This document shows, piece after piece, positions 23,240 to 34,775 of a stretch of DNA of 64,000 nucleotides. The DNA comes from Nemertoderma westbladi. Its lineage: Eukaryota; Animalia; Xenacoelomorpha. The stretch covers positions 1 to 64,000 of the forward strand of contig JAUCBJ010007309.1 of the NCBI GenBank assembly GCA_032718475.1. Direction: 5' to 3'. The translations under genes and the position numbers were made by a program. The notes beneath the pieces were generated by a model. That model was not told the origin of the DNA and made no database searches. It worked only from the letters and a program-made list of their open reading frames with translations. Positions within the stretch are counted from its first letter, which is position 1. Each line of letters begins with the position of its first letter.

Positions 23240-25545
23240 TTGGTGGAGTAGGAATTCTGCTAAGCCCATTTGCACCTAAACAACATCGAATCTATAAATT
23301 CCAGGCTTATGATCGCAACATTTGATGGGAATCACAAGGCAACAGTTATATGTTGCTACATTCCAACCAATGCCTCAGAGCCAGAACAAGCAGTCAAGTT
23401 TTATGAAGATCTGACTGGACTTATAAAGGACATTCCGAAACACAATGTAAAAGTCATTGCTGGTGACCTGGATGCACAAATTGGCCCAGAAGACATCAAG
23501 GGTTACACCTATAACACCAGTTCTAACAGAAATGGGTACTTACTTTTAGACCTAATCGAAGAATGTGAATTGATACCAACAAACAACACATTCGAAAAGA
23601 GTAAGGGGAAGCTTTGGACCTTTCAATACCCTAATGGAACCAAAGCACAACTGGATTACATCCTTATAAACAAAAAGTGGATAAACAGCATCATCAACTG
23701 CGAGGCATACAGTTCGTTCAACCTAATTGGTTCGGACCACAGAATTGTGATTGCAGAGATCAGACTCAGTTTGAGAGCCAGCAAACCCAGGACAAGCAAG
23801 CAAATCAACTATGACTGGGAGAAACTCAGACTACTACTAGGATCGGCTTGCTGCATTGCAACTGCATTTTTAAGAATGCTGTGCCGGCTTGTCGACAAAA
23901 TTGCGCTGCCACAACTCCCTATCACCCATGACATTTGCTAGATCATCCGCATCTTCAAGGCCAGTGTCCCTTAAGATGCGTCTCAAGAAAGTCATGGCTG
24001 TCCACCATGCTTCTTCACTCCATGAGGCTGCGAAAGTACAAGATTATGCACTGTCTGGTCCTCACGGCGAAAGCAATGTCCGGCAAAGCGGAGGCTATTT
24101 TGTTCTAGTGTCAAGCTTGGGGGAACAAATGAGACACCTCCAATGTTATATAGTGGCTGGTTGGAGATGTGTGCATTGTACTTGACACAATGAACGCGGC
24201 GTAGCATTCTTGTGAATGTGCCATCCAGAGATTTGGTGTCCTCAGCAGTTAGAGCCCAGCGTGGACTCTCATAGAGGAGTACTAGAAATACTGCTGCTCT
24301 AAATAATCGGACCTTAAGTTTCCGATTAATTCTCGGTGACTTCCAAACCCTGGAAAGCCTATTCAAGACTGCCCATGCCTTTCCCTTACGTATTCGAAGG
24401 TCCTAACCTGACTTCCAGATCCATGATACCAGGTAACAGAAGTCGTCCACATGCTCAAGCATACCATCCTTTGAGCTTATCCTCATTCGATCAGAGACTT
24501 GCTGAGCACTTTCAAAGTTAACTGTCAAAATTTCGGTCTTTCTGGAGTTAATAAAAAGACCAACAGTAGAAGCAGCCTGTTCTAATGACCTGAGGAGCCG
24601 TTGGGCTCCCTCTAGTGATTCTGAGAGTACTCCTAAGTCATCAGCAAAGTCTACATCAGTTAGGTACTTGGCAGGATTTCCTCGACTTCTGGAGCCAGTA
24701 GGTGGAGTTATCATCACCCCATCATCATGATGATCTAAGGACATGCGTAGAACATAGTCAACCACAATTATGAACAAGAATGGTGCAAGTGTGTCTCCCT
24801 GGAGGACGCCCCATAACACTTCAAATGGTTCTGTGTCACCGTCAACAGTAGACACAAATGTTGTCGAACCATCGTATGGTCTGATCTGATTGCTGCAATA
24901 ATATTATCAGGAATCCCATATAATAAAAGTATGCTGAACATACGTGAGCGAGAGACTGAATCAAAGGCCTTGAAGAAGTTTAACAAAGATAACAGCCAGG
25001 TGCCTGTCTATTTTTTTTTGAAAACTCTTCAATTATCCTTCTAAGTGCCAAAATGGGCTCCATGGTCCCACGACCTTTACGGAACCCATTCAGATTTCCA
25101 CGGAGCAGTCTCTCAATGGGATCCCTGATGCGATTTAATAGAATTCTATTGTATAGCTTTGCAGCAATCGAGATTAATGAGATTCCCCGAAAAGAACCAT
25201 AGAGTGTTAGGTTGCCCTTCTTGGGAACTTTCACCAACTTATTTGTTTTCATTTCTTGTGGGACTCCTGTTGTTTGGTACATGTCTACTATGATGGGATA
25301 GATGAGCTTTAAACAAGGATTTAATAGAATTCTATTGCATAGAATTCAAAAACTCAGAACTGACAATGCTGTAAAGGATGCTTACACAGTAGAAGTTCAA
25401 AACCGCTTTGAAGCACTTCAGTCAATGGATGAGGACCAGTCCACCGATTCAATATACCAGAATATAATAACAGCCCACAAGGAATCAGCTAAGAGGCAGA
25501 TCCCCCAGAAACCCAAACGAAAACAGTATGTGTCATGGCAAAACT
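23240..25545 (+). pseudogene. RTE-clade LINE fragment (APE endonuclease + linker), split by an antisense RTE insertion
   Basis: ORF 23270-: SRLM, CYIPT, AGDLDAQIG, NRNG..LL, QLDYIL, SDHRIV, YDWEKLR; resumes at 25350 as KLRTDNAVKDAYTVEVQNRFEAL. Confidence 0.88.
23831..25349 (-). mobile_element. 5'-truncated RTE-clade LINE (RT, degenerate) inserted antisense into another RTE
   Basis: 9-bp TSD AAACTCAGA (23822-23830, 25350-25358); (TAG)n tail; motifs PKKGNL..RGISL, FRKGRGT, KAFDSVSR, GVLQGDTLAPFLF, FADDL, RFAGHC. Confidence 0.9.
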
Positions 25546-26946
25546 TATTGCCTTGTTGCCTCAATTATATGATGAATTATTAGTATATAATATTCGGCTC
25601 TCTGAAGTAAAAGGTACAGCTTATAGAATATTTGTTAATGGCAAAGTGTATCACTCATTTCAACACACACGCAAATTGCGATCTAAGTCATATTTGGCCT
25701 TTACTAAAAATGAGCATAATGATTTTGTATTTTTAAATATTGATTATATTATTGTGCATAACAGTGGCAAAATTTATTGCCTTTGTAGCTCATTTGTAGG
25801 AAATTCAATACTAGGCGATCTCGACTTATCCAATCTCAGTGATGATTTGAAACAGTGTTTATATAGGAATGCACGTTTTTTTTTATTAACTAGTTCTGGC
25901 AAAATCGTAGTTGAAAGTACAAAACTAGTTAATTATTTTATTGGTTTTTCATATGGTGAAAAATATTTTGGAGTACCATGCATCAGCGACAATGACCATG
26001 ATTGAACACGTGTTGCTACAACAGCTGCGAGAAATTTTAGTAATATCTGTTTATCGAGTATCTGATAAAACTAATAAGTTTGGTGTTATTTTTTTATGTT
26101 TTTATACCTCAGAAATAGTTTTAGAATAAATTTCGTACTTTTGGCTAACCCTGTAAATTCTACAATAAAATAGCTTAGTATTTTGATATACCATGACCAG
26201 TAATCTTGCCGGGTTTAACTGCTTTCAAACCGTGTTGAAACTGGTGAATTAGTATTCATCTTAACAAAATAAAACCATAAAAAGTAGTAATTGTTAGTTT
26301 TAGTTTTTATAGTTTTAGTTATGCAAATGGTGTGAAATATTTCAGAGTATCGCGCAATTCCCTTAGTATCATTTAGTAACGTTACAGTTACAGTAACAGC
26401 AATGTTTATCTTGTTTAGTATGTAAAAGATGTTTAATTGCTTTATAATTAAATTTAAATGTCTTGAATCAATATTAATATTAGTTTCCCACCGCTGAGGC
26501 TGAAATAATTCTGGAACCTACGACCTGTATAAAAGGGAGAAAGGGAGAACCTCATAGACCCATGTATAAAATAATTAACGACCCGACCCCCCCCCCCCCC
26601 CCCCCTCCCCCCCTCTTCCGGGATGTATACAAAATTTTAAAAGCTTGCTAACTTTATATAAGAACTTAGCAAAACTTGATAACTTTATATAAGAACTTAG
26701 CAAAACTTGATAACTTTATATAAGAACTTTGCAAAACTTGATAACTTTCCTTAATACATTTTTCAAGATAATTACACATTTGATAAACTTAACAAAACTT
26801 GCAAATTCCTTAACTAATTTTATAGACTTGGTAGGCATTTTAAAATGGATGTTCTAAGCTTACTATGTTTTGCAAAGTACTTCTCACATTTTTGAACCGA
26901 ATTACTTTCAAGCATTTTCTAAATTAGTAAGGTATTATGGTCCGGG
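25546..26946 (+). mobile_element. 3' remnant of a CACTA/EnSpm-like DNA transposon
   Basis: ORF 25535-26005 motif RIFVNGKVYHS...R....Y resembles animal EnSpm transposase C-termini; 31-bp subterminal repeats at 26648-26748; candidate terminus ...GGTCCGGG. Left end lost. Confidence 0.5.
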
Positions 26947-26989
26947 TGGCTAGTCCCTTTCAAACATTAGTGCAGAAACCAAAACTGCC

Positions 26990-27063
26990 TGGCCCCCATG
27001 CAGGGGTCGAACCAAGACCTCTGGAGAGATGTGTATTCAATGCATCTTACACCAACGTGGAAC
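26990..27063 (-). other. tRNA-derived remnant (possible SINE head)
   Basis: Minus strand has B-box-like GGTTCGACCCC and ends GGGGGCCA; cloverleaf does not fold cleanly. Confidence 0.25.
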
Positions 27064-27117
27064 TTGGTGTAGTGCACGAATGTTTTAGACACAACCAAGG
27101 ACAACTACGATATACGA

Positions 27118-28032
27118 TAGTACACCATGACCCGTAATATAGTGTCATTTTCTGATGACACGGACCCCCCCCCCCCCCCCCCCCCCCCAATTTTTCTACA
27201 AATCTTGATCATATTGCTTGAAATTTGAAACACAACTTGTTCCACTCACCGTCGTTGACCCCATGAAGCCGGAATTTTCGATTCCGCCTTTAAATTTTTT
27301 TATACGCGTTTTAAAAAAGTGGTTTTTGCGAAATTGCACATCTCCTATCATCGCCATTCTTCACATTAACCTCGCTTTATAGATATCATTAAAAAGCTTG
27401 CGTTCAAAGGATTCCAAATATGTAACAATGTTTGAATTTCGTTGTGAAACAGCTGAGATATAGGCGTTCAAAGATTGCAAGAATTATCGTTCGCTGCAGG
27501 CCATTTATTCTATTTAATAAATACACAATATTCTGGAACAATTTGTTTATGTATGATTAGCTATGCAATATATATATTGTATAGGCATACCGCTGTTGCC
27601 TACCAACTCATAAAATACATAACACGTTTTAGAATTTTGTGTATTTATTAAATAGAATAAATGTCTTGCAGCGAACAATAATTCTTGCAATCTTTGAACG
27701 CCTATTTCTCAGCTGTTTCTCAACGAAATTCAGATATTGTTACATATTTGGAATCCTTGTAACGTAAGCTTTCTATTGATATGAAAAAATTACGACTAAT
27801 GTGGAGAATGAAATTTAATGATACAGATGGTGCGATTTCGCAAAAGACACATTTTTAAAACGCTTTTAGAAAAAATTTAAAGGCGAAATCGAAAATTCCG
27901 GCTTCATGGTAACAACCACGGTGAGTTGAACTAGTTGTGTTTCAAATTTCAAGCAATGTGATAAAGATTTGTAGAAAAAAAATTTTTTTGGGGGGTCCGT
28001 GTCATCAGAAAAACGGGTCATGGTGAGTACTA
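27118..28032. mobile_element. Fold-back (nearly fully palindromic) non-autonomous DNA transposon
   Basis: Arms of about 400 bp are imperfect reverse complements (CACCATGACCCG..TTTTCTGATGACACGGACCCCC vs GGGGGTCCGTGTCATCAGAAAAACGGGTCATGGTG). Confidence 0.85.
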
Positions 28033-28678
28033 CACTACGGTTTGTAGGCCTACATGCGCACTGGGATACTATATGGCTAGTGTTTTAATTCAGTGGCTTG
28101 CCCCAGCCCCCAATTTATTCACATATGTGAGAGAATAACTCGTTTTCACTTTTAGGTCGAAATATAATTTAAATTTTATATTTGAAGGATTTGTATTTTT
28201 TTTTATTTATCCAGTGTTTTATAGCGCTTATTTCTATCTTATAACATGCACAGATAAATACTAATTAGTTTCTTGTTTTGATAACATTTCAGCCCTTAAC
28301 ACTTCGCAAAAACTTCGCAAACAGGACCCCAATTTTGTTACAAATTTTAGATAACGCATGAAATTTAATTATTTTAGCTTTCATTCTTTAGCTACAAGCG
28401 TTTGAAAATGTATCTGCGCATAGTCACATTGATACATATTATATCTACATATAGATACATATAGATAGTCACATTATATACATACACGATAGTTACACTG
28501 ATACCGCAGTAATTTTCAGCCTTGAAGTGGTTTGTTGGTAGTAATTGAAAGTTGCATGGGGGTCCATGTATCTGAATAAAGCCACTATATTCCTGAAGAT
28601 GGTGTATATATGTCTTATTGCTAACATCACATATGCATATCTGTTATTCTAGAATTAACACGTCTAATATAAAGCTAA

Positions 28679-28826
28679 AGGCCATGATACACCACAGGAG
28701 GGGCGAGCGGCAGCGGCCGCGGCGAGCGGCCACTTTTTAAAAATAGAACAGATTATTTTCTATGGGTGATGATACACCACAAATTGGCTGCTGCCCGCTC
28801 GCCGCTCCTGTGGTGTATCATGGCCT
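28679..28826. mobile_element. PIF/Harbinger MITE
   Basis: TIR AGGCCATGATACACCACAGGAG; TAA TSD at 28676-28678 and 28827-28829. Confidence 0.92.
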
Positions 28827-31163
28827 TAAGCTGCAGTCCGCAGTGATACCTTTCTGGAGTAATTCTGATAAATAAAATAAATGGATAACAATAATGCTGG
28901 GTGGTGGGATGCAGTGTCCCGAATTAAATGTTACGTTGTAAATAAATCTCCTATTTGCGTTCATTGTTTTGTCGAATGTTGATTTGAACAACTGAAGTTT
29001 CCCGTTGCTATCGGTAGTATAGTATTATTATTAGTGTGAATTTCGGCTTCGCCTCTTTCCACCAATTCTGACAAGAACAAAGTGCTTCCTCTCTCTAAAA
29101 AAAAACTGCCTTTTGGATAGAACTTTAACAAAACAACCAGTCGAAGCTCGGAAGATAATGAACCTTATAATAATTCGCACATCTGTAATATATATTACTA
29201 TTCTGAAAGAGGTTAATAGCATACATCTATACTGTGTAGATCGATAACAAATATACAAATCGACTATTTATGTATCAGTTATTTCACTATATTTATCTAA
29301 CACTTAAAAACACAATTTAAAATACTGTAGAGCTACAATCAACAATGATGCTAACAAGAAGTGGTTCATTCAAGGGATAATATTTATAGCACACAAAAAC
29401 GGCTCAATAATTAACAAATCTTTACAGACCAAAAAGTCATCATTCATCATAGAATTGGTATATTTCTTATATACTATATTGGTGTTAAGATAAAATAAAT
29501 GACAATCCATCATTTTTAATATATAGTTTGTAGACAATCATGTTTACAATATAAAAAATCACAATTTCACTTTTATTATCCACATGCTATTTGTGACTAT
29601 TTAGATAGCGTGTAAGTCGAACTTTACAATGAGTTGATGTGGTTTGTTTTAAACGACCAAACGTGTTGTGCGAATGCAAGATAGATACAATGCATGGTAC
29701 TTATGCAGCAAGAACTTATGTAATTCATTCCAAAATATATAACATTCGAATGGATAACAAATAAAAATCTGCATTTTAGTATTTGTTTGGTGGATATTAA
29801 ATCAAATCTTATAACATAAATTTTGAATTAATTGAAAGACCAACAAAATAAAAAAAAGGTTTGTGGTAAAAATTCCACCAAGCAGCATACTCCAAAGACA
29901 TTGGTGTCCATGGAACAGGGCCAGTAGCAGGTCGGTATAGCTCAGCTTCCATTTCGAGTTAGAGCAATAATAGTTACCGGTAGTCTAATAGTAGAGAAGG
30001 AATGCAATATGCATTAGTAATGCGCTGAAGTCATTGCTGACAGAGTGCCGTTATATAATGTTGGAATTTATTGTAGTATGATATTTTTCGAGCACATGTA
30101 GCTGGAAATGATGACTAAACAAAAACATAAATATTAAAATTCCAATTCCAAAATAAGAAAATCGACTATTACGATACATATAAACGCAAATAAACGATAC
30201 ATAAACAATATCCCATTCTGACACCAAAACCTTCTTTATGTTTCAGATATTCTGTTTTTTGGTTAAAATTTTACTAGAGCATTTTCACGATTACTGGTAT
30301 ATTTAAAATAAAATGGATATAGAAAGATAACAACATCTACTCTAAGCTAACTAAACTACATTGACATAAAAAAAACCGTAGCTTGTATCAATATTTGCGA
30401 AGTTCGACGTCTATCTGTTTCAAAGTCATTGAAAAACTACCAACACAATTGACCTCAAACATAATAAAATCTCACAAAATGTAAGATAGTTTAGTTTATT
30501 CTACTCTCAGGTTGTTAGACGTCTATTAAGAACATGTTGTAAAGCTGGTGAGTGTGAGTGGAAACCATGGTTAGACGCTAGTTTTCAGATGCGCTAGTTT
30601 ACAGATGCATTATTGAAATTGAAAATGAATGCATTTTACATGTGATAACGATAATCGAGTAAAATGATAATTAAATACATCAGAACCACAGAACCACTCT
30701 CTAAATAAAAGGGATATAGTCTAGGGAAAAGGTAAATATAATGGAAACAATATTACAGGTCACGATGGTGTATTGCATTGCGTGAATATACTATTAACTA
30801 TGCCGCAAAAATTTGTTCAATTTTTGAATAATCCCCTATAATGAAAGCTGGGCACCCAGATCGATTATTTTTACATTTACTATAAGTATAATATATCCAC
30901 CCATGACGCAATACAAGGTTCATATCTGCAGCAGATCTTTTTAAAGTACAAATACAAACTAACCCATAGCTCATAAATGCAGACAATATTCAAACAAATC
31001 AATCAAAAGTTCTTAAACAATATATTATATACTACGTTTAAAACAACAATAAGAAACTGGTTTGTAACCATAATATGGCACCAGAGCGGTAAAACGAAAA
31101 ACGCATATCAATTTATTCAATTAGCTGACACATTTCAATAAAATGTTCAATTTATAGTCAATG

Positions 31164-34100
31164 TTAGTAGGAGGGAGGGGGTGGTCTCTGGTAATGTTGT
31201 CCCACCTCTGGCTGATTATTGGAGTCACAATAAGATGCAGGTCTACCTCGATTCATCACATGTTCTGGAGGAATTTCCTGGTCGTAACACATGGATGGAT
31301 GTGTCTGACTGTATCCGCCTTCAGGGAATAATGGCGGACCGTAGTTATAGCCACTACTTGGAGGACGATGTTGGTCGGCTTCTGGGCCTCCGCTACTTCT
31401 TTGGATGAAATCAGCGCTTGGAGGAGGGCCCAAATTAAAACCACGACCTTGTGGAGGAGGTGGTCCCTGATAAAAATCACGACCTTGTCGAGAAGGTGGC
31501 CCCTGATTAAAATCACGACCTTGTGGAGGAGGTGGCTCCTGATAAAAATCACGACCTTGTGGAGGAGGTGGTCCCTGTTTAAAATCACGACCTTGTGGAG
31601 GAGGTGGCCCCTGATTAAAATCACGACCTTGTGGCGGAGGTGGTCCCTGATGAAAATCACGACCTTGTCGAGAAGGGTGCCCCTGATTAAAATCACGAGC
31701 TTGGTGAGAAGGAGGCCCCTGATTAAAATCACGAGCTTGTTGAGGAGGCCCCTGATTAAAATCACGAGCTTCGTGAGGAGGCCCCTGATTAAAATCACGA
31801 GCTTGGTAAGAAGGGGGCCCGTGATTAAAATCACGACCTTGTTGGGGAGGTGGTCCCTGATTGAAATCACGACCTTGTTGAGGAGGTGGTCCATGATTGA
31901 AATCACGACCTTGTGGAGGAGGTGGTCCCTGGTTAAAATCACAACCTTCTTGTTGAGAATGGGGCCCCTGATTAAAATCATGACCTTGTTGAGAATGGGG
32001 CCCCTGATTAAAATCACGACTTTGATGATGAGGAGGCCCCTGATCAAAATCACGACTTTGATGATGAGGTGGCCCCTGAATAAATTCACGACTTGGTGGT
32101 CGACCTTGATGCTCAAAATTACTACTTGGGAATTGGCCCACACTTGATTGCCTTGGGTTACTATTATCTGAAGGTTGCAATCTTCTAGGAGTTTCAGGTC
32201 CCGGGTATGAAGACTTTGAGACTTCTGGTGGCTGATTATCCAAATCAAACCCCCCCCTCCCTCGAGGAAACCGATCTACTGGAGGGGCGTCGTGGTAAGA
32301 ATGTGAAGGGCCTGGGCCCATGTAGGAATCTGAGCTGCTGTTACCAGGGTAACAACCAGGTGGGTCCTGACAATGTGAGTTATATTCCTGTTTCACAGAC
32401 CTTTCCCTGCTGCCATGTGATCCCTCGGATGGTCTGAACCTTTCAGATTCGTGAGACCTGTCCTCAGCCTGGCTTCTACTCCGGTAGCGACTTTCGCCAG
32501 CATCTCGGTATGGTCTACCATGTTCATTGCTCTCTTTATCTTGCCTGGGACTTCTGTCCCTCACATTTTGATCTCGCCTTCTTTGATCACCAGAGTACCG
32601 GCTATCAGAACGTCTCTCTTCTTTAATGCGAGGTTTTTCTTCTAGCTTTATATCCCTCCCTGTACATCTATCCCTCCCCCCCTCACTACTTCGTACTGCA
32701 TCCCAACCCGAATCCCTTCTCTCATATCTGTTTCCACCATCCTCATCCTCAATCTGTCTTCGACTACCTCCAGATTGACCAACCCCTCCATACCTACCCC
32801 TCTTTGGATCGCCATCCCCAGCTCCCCTACCACCTTCATCGTCACCTACTCTAGAACGCTTTGCCACCCCACTGATGTCAGTCCGCGGCTTGTATGACTC
32901 ATTCCTCTTGTATGCTTCTCCTTCATTTACATATTCCCGGACTAGCTCCCTTGCGGTCTCCCTATCTGCCTCAACATAACGAATTTCATCAAACACCAAA
33001 CCTATCTGATCATCAGGCAATGAGAAGTTTGCCATCATCTCTTTAACAGCATGAACTGGAACTAACTTTCCTTCGACCTTCTCTCGGGCCTCAGTTCGCT
33101 CCATTAATGTGTCTCTGTCATTAACCAACACGCATGCAATCCGCTTGTACCCCTTGAAGTTTCCCATCTTACGTTTCCGAGCGGTTTTGTAAACATTTGT
33201 CTGATCTAGAATGTAGTTGCGTGCACGATTGGGGGTCATCTTGAACATCTCATTTAGGATGTCTGTGGCTCGTTTTATCAATTCATCCCAGCGTCCATGG
33301 TAGTTCTTCTGTCTCAATAAACCCATAACTTTCATCTTATCCATGATGGTGTTTGTTCCCAGGATTGTATACCGCTTCTCTGGATTATCCTTTCGCCACT
33401 TCGAACTCCAAACGGTTTTACCCGCTCCTGGAAGTCCCACCATCATCAGTATTTCGTAATCTTCTTTGGCATTTGTCCCAGACATGGGACACCGAATTAA
33501 TGAATCTACAGGAAGGCTCGCCAGTGGAGTGAAACCCGCAATTGGTGCATACGTCGGTTCACTTTCCCCAAAATTGACAGAGAACTTAATGTTTTTTACA
33601 TGTATATGAGGATAGAATGTTTGATTTCTACAATCACCAGGTAAATTAAAGGCAACCCCTAGATTCTTCCCATTTTTCGCATAGAGAATCACAGGTCTTT
33701 CAGCTTCAAGATCGATATACGATGTCATTATATCGCCTTCCCCGAAAGGTTCGCCGAAATTACCAAAGGAATTATTGTGGCTTTTTTTCCCGGTCCCACC
33801 GAATCCATACGAATTCTGCGATTCTCCCAATTCAAAGTCGCCACTATCAAGCGACCATCCCAGTCGCAAAACATTTGGAGTCTTTTCATATGGCGGCATG
33901 TGGACACGTAGGTTTTCTAAGATATGAACTTCGAAAAAAGCTTTCCTCCCTCGGACACCATGAGTTGCTCGACAGCCTGCCCATAAATATTCGAATCCTT
34001 TTCTGTGAACGTTTTCTGCGGTTAGACCATCTGGTTCAATTATCATGTATATATCTGAGTTGTATTCATCAAGAACAACCCGGGAATTGTTGCAAATTAA

Positions 34101-34292
34101 ATCTGGCGCCGGGTATCCACCTGAGTAACCTGGGTTACCAGAATTCTTGTAAGCAAAAGCTCCATCGCTGGGTGGTATTCCACTATACCCACCAGGGGGC
34201 GCACCATATCTTCCAACGGGTCCATCAAACCTACCAGGGGGCGCACCCGCACCATATCCACCAGGCCGCCCAGAAAATGGTTGACCGCTCAT
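31164..34292 (-). CDS. HNRNPUL1: hnRNP U / hnRNPUL1-like protein, paralogue 1 (SPRY + P-loop NTPase + RG-rich and Pro/Gln repeat tail; no SAP domain in ORF)
   Basis: 1042-aa uninterrupted ORF; SPRY (YLWAGCRATHGV, LRLGWS, LGESQNSYGFGGTG, KNGKNLGVAF); Walker A MMVGLPGAGKT; ILDQTNVY; AATAAA about 50 nt past the stop. Confidence 0.9.
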   Translation of the reverse strand: MSGQPFSGRPGGYGAGAPPGRFDGPVGRYGAPPGGYSGIPPSDGAFAYKNSGNPGYSGGYPAPDLICNNSRVVLDEYNSDIYMIIEPDGLTAENVHRKGFEYLWAGCRATHGVRGRKAFFEVHILENLRVHMPPYEKTPNVLRLGWSLDSGDFELGESQNSYGFGGTGKKSHNNSFGNFGEPFGEGDIMTSYIDLEAERPVILYAKNGKNLGVAFNLPGDCRNQTFYPHIHVKNIKFSVNFGESEPTYAPIAGFTPLASLPVDSLIRCPMSGTNAKEDYEILMMVGLPGAGKTVWSSKWRKDNPEKRYTILGTNTIMDKMKVMGLLRQKNYHGRWDELIKRATDILNEMFKMTPNRARNYILDQTNVYKTARKRKMGNFKGYKRIACVLVNDRDTLMERTEAREKVEGKLVPVHAVKEMMANFSLPDDQIGLVFDEIRYVEADRETARELVREYVNEGEAYKRNESYKPRTDISGVAKRSRVGDDEGGRGAGDGDPKRGRYGGVGQSGGSRRQIEDEDGGNRYERRDSGWDAVRSSEGGRDRCTGRDIKLEEKPRIKEERRSDSRYSGDQRRRDQNVRDRSPRQDKESNEHGRPYRDAGESRYRSRSQAEDRSHESERFRPSEGSHGSRERSVKQEYNSHCQDPPGCYPGNSSSDSYMGPGPSHSYHDAPPVDRFPRGRGGFDLDNQPPEVSKSSYPGPETPRRLQPSDNSNPRQSSVGQFPSSNFEHQGRPPSREFIQGPPHHQSRDFDQGPPHHQSRDFNQGPHSQQGHDFNQGPHSQQEGCDFNQGPPPPQGRDFNHGPPPQQGRDFNQGPPPQQGRDFNHGPPSYQARDFNQGPPHEARDFNQGPPQQARDFNQGPPSHQARDFNQGHPSRQGRDFHQGPPPPQGRDFNQGPPPPQGRDFKQGPPPPQGRDFYQEPPPPQGRDFNQGPPSRQGRDFYQGPPPPQGRGFNLGPPPSADFIQRSSGGPEADQHRPPSSGYNYGPPLFPEGGYSQTHPSMCYDQEIPPEHVMNRGRPASYCDSNNQPEVGQHYQRPPPPSY
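31420..32095 (-). repeat. Coding 33-36-bp repeat, about 19 x (G/A)RDFNQGPPPPQ
   Basis: Visible in DNA and in the translation of paralogue 1. Confidence 0.92.
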
Positions 34293-34775
34293 AGCAGCCT
34301 AGGAATGTATTGACAATACTGCAATAGAGTAACCTTATGCTGTTATGTGACCTTATAACCGGCACCTACCTGCCTGCCTACCGTAATTTAGTAGGCCTAT
34401 TGTGCTATTACAGTACTGCAGTATTACAGTAGCATATTCAGCTATTACTGTAGGTATGCTGTATTAGGCCTAATTGATAATACAGTAATAATATTATTAC
34501 ATAATACTGTAATATTTGTATTATACAGTCTGACAGTGACAGTTAGTATTAACGTACATACCGTACCGGTACCACACCACTAACAGACTATCTGACCCAT
34601 ATTATGATATTTAGTCTGTTACAGTCAAGGCGTTCTTTACTAAAGAACTTTACTTTAGTAAAGTACGCCTTGGTTACAGTATTATTACAGTACAGCAGTA
34701 CCGGTACCTGTATACATATTCATAAAATTACATCAGTACATGACATGGCAAGAAAGCAAAGCTTTTGGTGCTCAT

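Noticed and set aside
31256-32248. Alternative-frame and antisense ORFs of 259-330 aa over paralogue 1
   Set aside because: Shadow frames of the coding repeat.
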